A program made the position numbers and the translations under genes. DNA of 64,000 nt from an uncultured Candidatus Rokubacteria bacterium (GTDB lineage Bacteria; Methylomirabilota; Methylomirabilia; Rokubacteriales; CSP1-6). Of this stretch, positions 59,509 through 64,000 are shown piece after piece. Location of the stretch: positions 320,001 through 384,000 of the forward strand of contig CAVWFS010000008.1 of the NCBI GenBank assembly GCA_963754315.1. Direction: 5' to 3'. Within the stretch, counting starts at the first letter, position 1. Every line of letters starts with the position of its first letter. The notes under the pieces are model-generated. The model searched no databases. It saw only the letters and a program-made list of their open reading frames with translations, and was not told the DNA's origin.

Positions 59509-59748
59509 ATGCGCACCACACTGAACATCGATGACGATGTGCTGGGGGCCGCCAGGGAACTCGCACGGCGCGAGAAGAAAACGGCGGGCCAGGTGATGTC
59601 CGAACTGGCTCGGCGGGCCTTGGCCGCGTCGCCCCGGGGCCTCGGCGGCGACGCGAAGGCCGTGCACGGCCTTCGCCCATTTCCAAGGCGCGGGGGGCTC
59701 GTGACCAATGAACTGATCGATCGACTGCGCGAAGAGGATGCCTATTGA
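59509..59748 (+). CDS. vapB: VapB-type ribbon-helix-helix antitoxin
   Basis: MRTTLNIDDDVL...GQVMSELARRAL...VTNELIDRLRE. Confidence 0.88.
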   Translation: MRTTLNIDDDVLGAARELARREKKTAGQVMSELARRALAASPRGLGGDAKAVHGLRPFPRRGGLVTNELIDRLREEDAY

Positions 59749-60176
59749 CCCAGGCCTTGCTGGATGTCAACGTCCTGATCGCGCTGCTGGACTCCGATCA
59801 CTCGCTGCACCGACCGGCGCGGGATTGGTTTAGCCGCAATGCGCCGAACGGCTGGACGTCGTGCCCCATCACCCAAAACGGCTGTGTCCGCATCATGTCT
59901 CACCCAAGCTATCCGAACGCACTGCCGGTGCGTGCGGTCATGGAGCGCCTGCGCGAGGCGACTCAGAATCCCTACCACGAGTTCTGGGCCGACCACGTGA
60001 GTCTCCTGGACCCGCACGTCGCCGATGTGGGACGCATTCACGGGCCTCGACAGCTGACTGATCTATACCTTCTCGCCCTCGCGGTCAGCCGAGGCGGCCG
60101 GTTCGTGACGTTCGACGCCGGCCTGCCGATGAGCGCGATTGAGGGAGCCGATCGGCGGCATCTGGTTGTCTTGTAG
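59745..60176 (+). CDS. vapC: VapC PIN-domain ribonuclease toxin
   Basis: LLDVNVLIAL, CPITQNG, QLTDLYLLALA, FVTFD; 4-nt overlap with antitoxin. Confidence 0.9.
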   Translation: MTQALLDVNVLIALLDSDHSLHRPARDWFSRNAPNGWTSCPITQNGCVRIMSHPSYPNALPVRAVMERLREATQNPYHEFWADHVSLLDPHVADVGRIHGPRQLTDLYLLALAVSRGGRFVTFDAGLPMSAIEGADRRHLVVL

Positions 60177-60199
60177 GGCGAGAACAAGGAGCGTTGACC

Positions 60200-60982
60200 A
60201 TGAAATGGTGCCGATTTCAATCGGGACGGAACGTGGCGTATGGCGTCATCGAGGACAACACCGTGACCGCCGTCACCGGGAGCCCCTTCGAGGATCATGC
60301 GCGGACGTCGACGACAGTGCCCCTGAGCGGTGTGAAGCTGCTGGTGCCGGTGATTCCCCCCACCTTCTACGCGGCCGGCGTCAACTACCGCGAGCACGTG
60401 ACCGAGATGGCCCACCGCCGTGGAGTGAAGCCGGAGTTCCCGCCCCAGGCCGACGTCGGCTACCGCGCCAACAATGCGCTGATCGCCACCGACGAGGCCA
60501 TCGTCATTCCCAAGGATGCGGGGGACCAGGTCCAGTACGAAGGCGAATTGGTGGCGGTGATCGGCAAGCGCTGCAAGCGCGTCTCCGAGGCAGCCGCCCT
60601 CGACTACGTCTTCGGCTACACGATCGGCAACGACGTGAGCGAGCGCACCTGGCAGCGCGGCGACCGCACGTTCTGGCGCGGGAAGAACACCGATACCTTC
60701 AAGCCGATGGGGCCGTGGATCGTCACCGGCCTCGATCCCGACGATCTGCGTGTGACGATCCGGCTCAACGGCAAGGAGATGTTCTCCTACGCGGTCAAGG
60801 ATGCCATCTTCGGCGTGCGCCAGTTCATCAGCCGCATGAGCCAGTACCTGACCCTCCATCCCGGTGACGTGCTGTGGATGGGCACCGATGGTGCGACGGA
60901 GAACATGAAGGACGGCGACGTGGTGGAGGTGGAGGTCCCCGGCATCGGGGTGTTGCGCAATCCGGTCCGCAGAGAACGCTAG
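60200..60982 (+). CDS. Fumarylacetoacetate hydrolase family protein
   Basis: GVNYREH, YEGELVAVIG, GYTIGNDVSER, RGKNTDTFKPMGPW, TLHPGD. Confidence 0.92.
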   Translation: MKWCRFQSGRNVAYGVIEDNTVTAVTGSPFEDHARTSTTVPLSGVKLLVPVIPPTFYAAGVNYREHVTEMAHRRGVKPEFPPQADVGYRANNALIATDEAIVIPKDAGDQVQYEGELVAVIGKRCKRVSEAAALDYVFGYTIGNDVSERTWQRGDRTFWRGKNTDTFKPMGPWIVTGLDPDDLRVTIRLNGKEMFSYAVKDAIFGVRQFISRMSQYLTLHPGDVLWMGTDGATENMKDGDVVEVEVPGIGVLRNPVRRER

Positions 60983-61008
60983 TCACACTCGGCGAGCGAC
61001 GTTTCCCT

Positions 61009-61740
61009 CTAGACGCCCAAGTAGTATCGCTTGACGAGCTCGTTCTCCCGGAGCTCGGCGGTGCTGTGTCCCTCGAACTCGATCCGGCCGTGAACGATGA
61101 TGTAGCCCCGGTCGGCGATCTTGGTCGCCTGGTTGAAATTCTGCTCGGCCATCAACACCGTCAGCCGATGGCGCTCCTTCAGCTCCTTGATCTTCGCGAT
61201 GACCCGATTCACGAGGATGGGCGCCAATCCCACAGACGGCTCGTCGACGAGGAGGATCCGGGGCGATGACATGAGGGCCCGCGCCACGGCCAGCATCTGT
61301 TGTTCACCGCCACTCATGCTGCCCGCGAGTTGTCGTCGCCGCTCCCGGAGAATCGGAAATGCTTCGAAGCCGAAGGCTAGGTTGCGGGCGATATCGCGGC
61401 GAGCCTCCGCCCGGTAGGCCCCGAGCAAGAGGTTCTCCTCGACGGTCAGCTTTGGAAAGAGCCGCCGGCCCTCGGGAACCATGGCGATACCCAGGTCGAC
61501 AATTTCCTCCGTGGATTTCGTGGTGAGGTCGATCGGCCCGCCATCTGTCTCCAGGACGATCTGCCCCGCTTCCGGCCGCACCATCCCCATGATGCACTTG
61601 ATCAACGTGCTCTTGCCGTTGCCGTTGGTGCCGAGGAGGGCCACCGTCTCGCCCTCGCGGACCTCGATCGACACGCCGTGCAGTACGCGCACCGCACCGT
61701 AGCCGGCCTCCACGTCGCGCACGACGATCCTACTCGCCAA
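61009..61740 (-). CDS. Branched-chain amino acid-type ABC ATP-binding protein (LivF-like)
   Basis: GTNGNGKST, PEGRRLF, MSGGEQQM, DEPSVGLAP, EQN. Confidence 0.92.
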   Translation of the reverse strand: MASRIVVRDVEAGYGAVRVLHGVSIEVREGETVALLGTNGNGKSTLIKCIMGMVRPEAGQIVLETDGGPIDLTTKSTEEIVDLGIAMVPEGRRLFPKLTVEENLLLGAYRAEARRDIARNLAFGFEAFPILRERRRQLAGSMSGGEQQMLAVARALMSSPRILLVDEPSVGLAPILVNRVIAKIKELKERHRLTVLMAEQNFNQATKIADRGYIIVHGRIEFEGHSTAELRENELVKRYYLGV

Positions 61741-62455
61741 GGTAGGCTTTCTCCACGGCCGGGTTTCTCACGATCTCGTCGGGAGTCCCCTCGGCAATCC
61801 GGGCGCCGGCATCGAGGACGACGATTCGCTCCGAAAAGCGCATCACCGCTCGCATGATGTGCTCGATCATGACGATGGTGATGCCCTGCGTGTTCAGACG
61901 GAAGAGGATGCTCAGAATGTCGTCCACCTCGGCGCTGGTCAATCCGGCCATCGCCTCGTCGGAGATGAGCAGCTTGGGCCGGGCCGCCATCGCGCGGGCC
62001 AGCTCCAGCTTGCGCATCTCGATCTGGGTCAGCCCGGCCGGTCGCAGATGCGCCTTGTCGCCGAGGCCTATCATGGTCAGAATTTCCCTGGCCTCGGCCG
62101 AGCTGTCGGCAGCCGAGGCTCGCTCGGCGGCCGCGTATTCCAGCGGGATCCCCAGGTTCTCGAGCACGGTCATGCTCGCGAACGGCTTCGGAATCTGGAA
62201 TGTGCGCACGATGCCGAGCCGGGTCCGTTGATGGGCGGCCAGGGTCGTGATGTCCCGGCCTCCGAAGAGGATCCGCCCGCCGTCGGCCGCCAGCGCGCCC
62301 GAGACACAGTTGATGAGCGTGGTCTTCCCGGATCCGTTCGGTCCGATCAGGCCGAAGCGCTCGCCGGCCTTGACGTGCAGGGTGACTCGATTGAGCGCAG
62401 TGAAGCCGCCGAAGAGTTTGGTGAGGCCGTCGACCTCGAGGAGCGCGCCGGCCAT
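61730..62455 (-). CDS. Branched-chain amino acid-type ABC ATP-binding protein (LivG-like)
   Basis: FGGFTAL, GPNGSGKTT, RTFQ, IEH, AYLG. Confidence 0.92.
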   Translation of the reverse strand: MAGALLEVDGLTKLFGGFTALNRVTLHVKAGERFGLIGPNGSGKTTLINCVSGALAADGGRILFGGRDITTLAAHQRTRLGIVRTFQIPKPFASMTVLENLGIPLEYAAAERASAADSSAEAREILTMIGLGDKAHLRPAGLTQIEMRKLELARAMAARPKLLISDEAMAGLTSAEVDDILSILFRLNTQGITIVMIEHIMRAVMRFSERIVVLDAGARIAEGTPDEIVRNPAVEKAYLGE

Positions 62456-62456
62456 C

Positions 62457-63389
62457 TCAGCGCTCCCGCAAGCGCCGGAACAGGCCCACCAAGCCCTCGG
62501 GGGCGAGGATGACGAATGCGACGAGCACCACGCCGACGATGAGCAGATTCAACTCGGAGGAAATGGTCACCGTCGCTACCTGCTGGGCCGTTCCCAGGAT
62601 GACGGCGCCGATGACGGGTCCGATCCAGGTGGTTGTCCCGCCGATCATGGGCATGGCCAGCGCGTTGACCGCGTAATCGAGGTTGAAGGCGGACGAGGGT
62701 TCGACGTAGGTGACGTAGTACGGGAAGGGGGCGCCGGCCACTCCCAGGAAGAACCCGCTGACCGTGGTGGCGAACAGCTTCAGGCGCAGAGTGGGTACCC
62801 CCATGCACTCGGCCGCCTCCTCGTTGTCCCGCAGGGCGGCGAGACCGCGTCCGGTTCGGGAACGCTCGATGGCCCGCGCGATGACCACCGCGGCCACTGC
62901 CAGCACCAGCATCACCACGAAGAGAAACTTGACGTAGTTGCCGAAGGGGGGACCGGGCGGGCGAATGACCGTGTAGCCCTTGGCGCCTCCGACGTAGTCC
63001 CAGTTGATGATGAGCGTTTGCATGACGACGGAGAGGGCGAAGGTGGCAATCGAGAAGAAGACTCCGCGCAGGCGCAAGGTGAGGTATCCGATGCCGAGGC
63101 CGAGGAGGGCGGACACGGCGCCCCCGGCCAGGATCAGCACGGGGAGCGGCGCTCGCCACGCCTCGATGAGGAAGATCGCCGTGTAGGCCCCCAGCGCGAA
63201 GAAGGCGGGCGTGCCAAAGTTCACGTAACCGGCATAGCCTCCGAGGATGTTCCATGCGGTGGCGATCACGACGTACTGCAGAATGACGTAGGCGGCAAAG
63301 TAGAAGTACGGGTTCAGCTTGAGACCGGCCAGCAGGAATCCCAGGGCCACAACGGCCAGGGCCACCAGCAGCCGGGCGCTCGTCTTCAC
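62457..63389 (-). CDS. Branched-chain amino acid-type ABC permease (LivM-like)
   Basis: WNILGGYAGYVNFG, LRLRGVFF, RDNEEAAECMG, GPVIGA, PEGL. Confidence 0.92.
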   Translation of the reverse strand: MKTSARLLVALAVVALGFLLAGLKLNPYFYFAAYVILQYVVIATAWNILGGYAGYVNFGTPAFFALGAYTAIFLIEAWRAPLPVLILAGGAVSALLGLGIGYLTLRLRGVFFSIATFALSVVMQTLIINWDYVGGAKGYTVIRPPGPPFGNYVKFLFVVMLVLAVAAVVIARAIERSRTGRGLAALRDNEEAAECMGVPTLRLKLFATTVSGFFLGVAGAPFPYYVTYVEPSSAFNLDYAVNALAMPMIGGTTTWIGPVIGAVILGTAQQVATVTISSELNLLIVGVVLVAFVILAPEGLVGLFRRLRER

Positions 63390-63390
63390 C

Positions 63391-64000
63391 TTATCGCCCG
63401 AAGAGCCCAGCCGGCCGCACCGCGAGGGCCAGCAAGAGAATCCCGAACGAAACGGCCTGAGACCAGGATGGCCCGAAGAATGTGGCGACCAGGCTCTCGG
63501 CCACCCCCAGGATCAAGGACGCCGTCAACATGCCGCCGATGCTCCCGAGGCCGCCCAGGACGGTGATGGCGAACACCCGGCCGATGTAGTCGCGGTCAGT
63601 GGAGGGCACGATGGGGGCGATCATGATGAGCAGTGCGCCGGCGAGGCCGGCGGCCGCGATACCGACGCCGAAAGCGATGGTCTTGATTCGGACGGGATTG
63701 GCACCCATCAGCTGAAGGGCGACGCGATCCTGGGAAACGGCCATCATGGCTCGACCGTAAAACGTCTTGGACAGGAACAGGTAGAGCGCCAGGGTCATGC
63801 TGATGCCGACCACGAATGGCACGAGCAGACGGAACGCGATCCCTACACCCCAGAAGTCGATCGACTTGCCGATGTAGGGAGCCTCCACCAGCCGGTAGTC
63901 AACGCCATACTTCAGGCTGAGGCCGACCTCGATGATGAAGAGCACGCCGAAGAAGAAGACCAACCCGCGCAGGGCCTCCTCGCCCCGCCGCTCGAAGCTG
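63391..64000 (-). CDS. Branched-chain amino acid-type ABC permease (LivH-like), 5' end outside window
   Basis: GRAMMAVSQD..ALQLMG, VLGGLGS, RPAGLFG; frame open to the window edge. Confidence 0.9.
   Translation of the reverse strand, partial: SFERRGEEALRGLVFFFGVLFIIEVGLSLKYGVDYRLVEAPYIGKSIDFWGVGIAFRLLVPFVVGISMTLALYLFLSKTFYGRAMMAVSQDRVALQLMGANPVRIKTIAFGVGIAAAGLAGALLIMIAPIVPSTDRDYIGRVFAITVLGGLGSIGGMLTASLILGVAESLVATFFGPSWSQAVSFGILLLALAVRPAGLFGR

Noticed and set aside
1..64000. tRNA (including selC), rRNA, transposase or integrase genes
   Set aside because: None recognised by eye; intergenic gaps are short. A tRNAscan-SE/Infernal run would be needed to exclude small RNAs

Overview
High-GC bacterial chromosomal window, densely coding and dominated by catabolic/redox enzymes (flavin monooxygenases, SDRs, amidohydrolases, alpha/beta hydrolases, two orphan CoxL/XdhA-type molybdoenzyme large subunits) and transporters (TAXI-TRAP, two family-5 peptide-type SBPs with one full Opp-type ABC operon, a Liv-type ABC operon). 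Gene content and a GC-rich palindromic repeat suggest Candidatus Rokuibacteriota (inference, not verified). About nine otherwise intact genes carry single-base indels, typical of a long-read assembly. The most notable signal is two genes that the ORF track splits at an in-frame TGA located at a redox-Cys position and followed by a SECIS-like hairpin, i.e. probable selenoproteins. One is an AhpD/CMD-like protein (CxxU, 19113-19694). The other is a GrdB/PrdB-like protein (UxxC, 55819-56733) lying in an apparent three-gene operon with an HdrB-type CCG Fe-S protein and a class III CoA-transferase, with no classical Grd/Prd partners: a candidate undescribed selenium-dependent reductase module. Other observations: a 3x ~81-bp palindromic tandem repeat that may be translated as the N-terminus of an ABC ATPase, an AT-rich island with 12-bp periodic repeats beside an MNT-HEPN toxin-antitoxin pair, an alanine-racemase-like/PBP4-like pair with altered catalytic motifs, an internally deleted glycogen-debranching gene, and many apparently leaderless genes. 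No rRNA, tRNA or CRISPR array was recognised.
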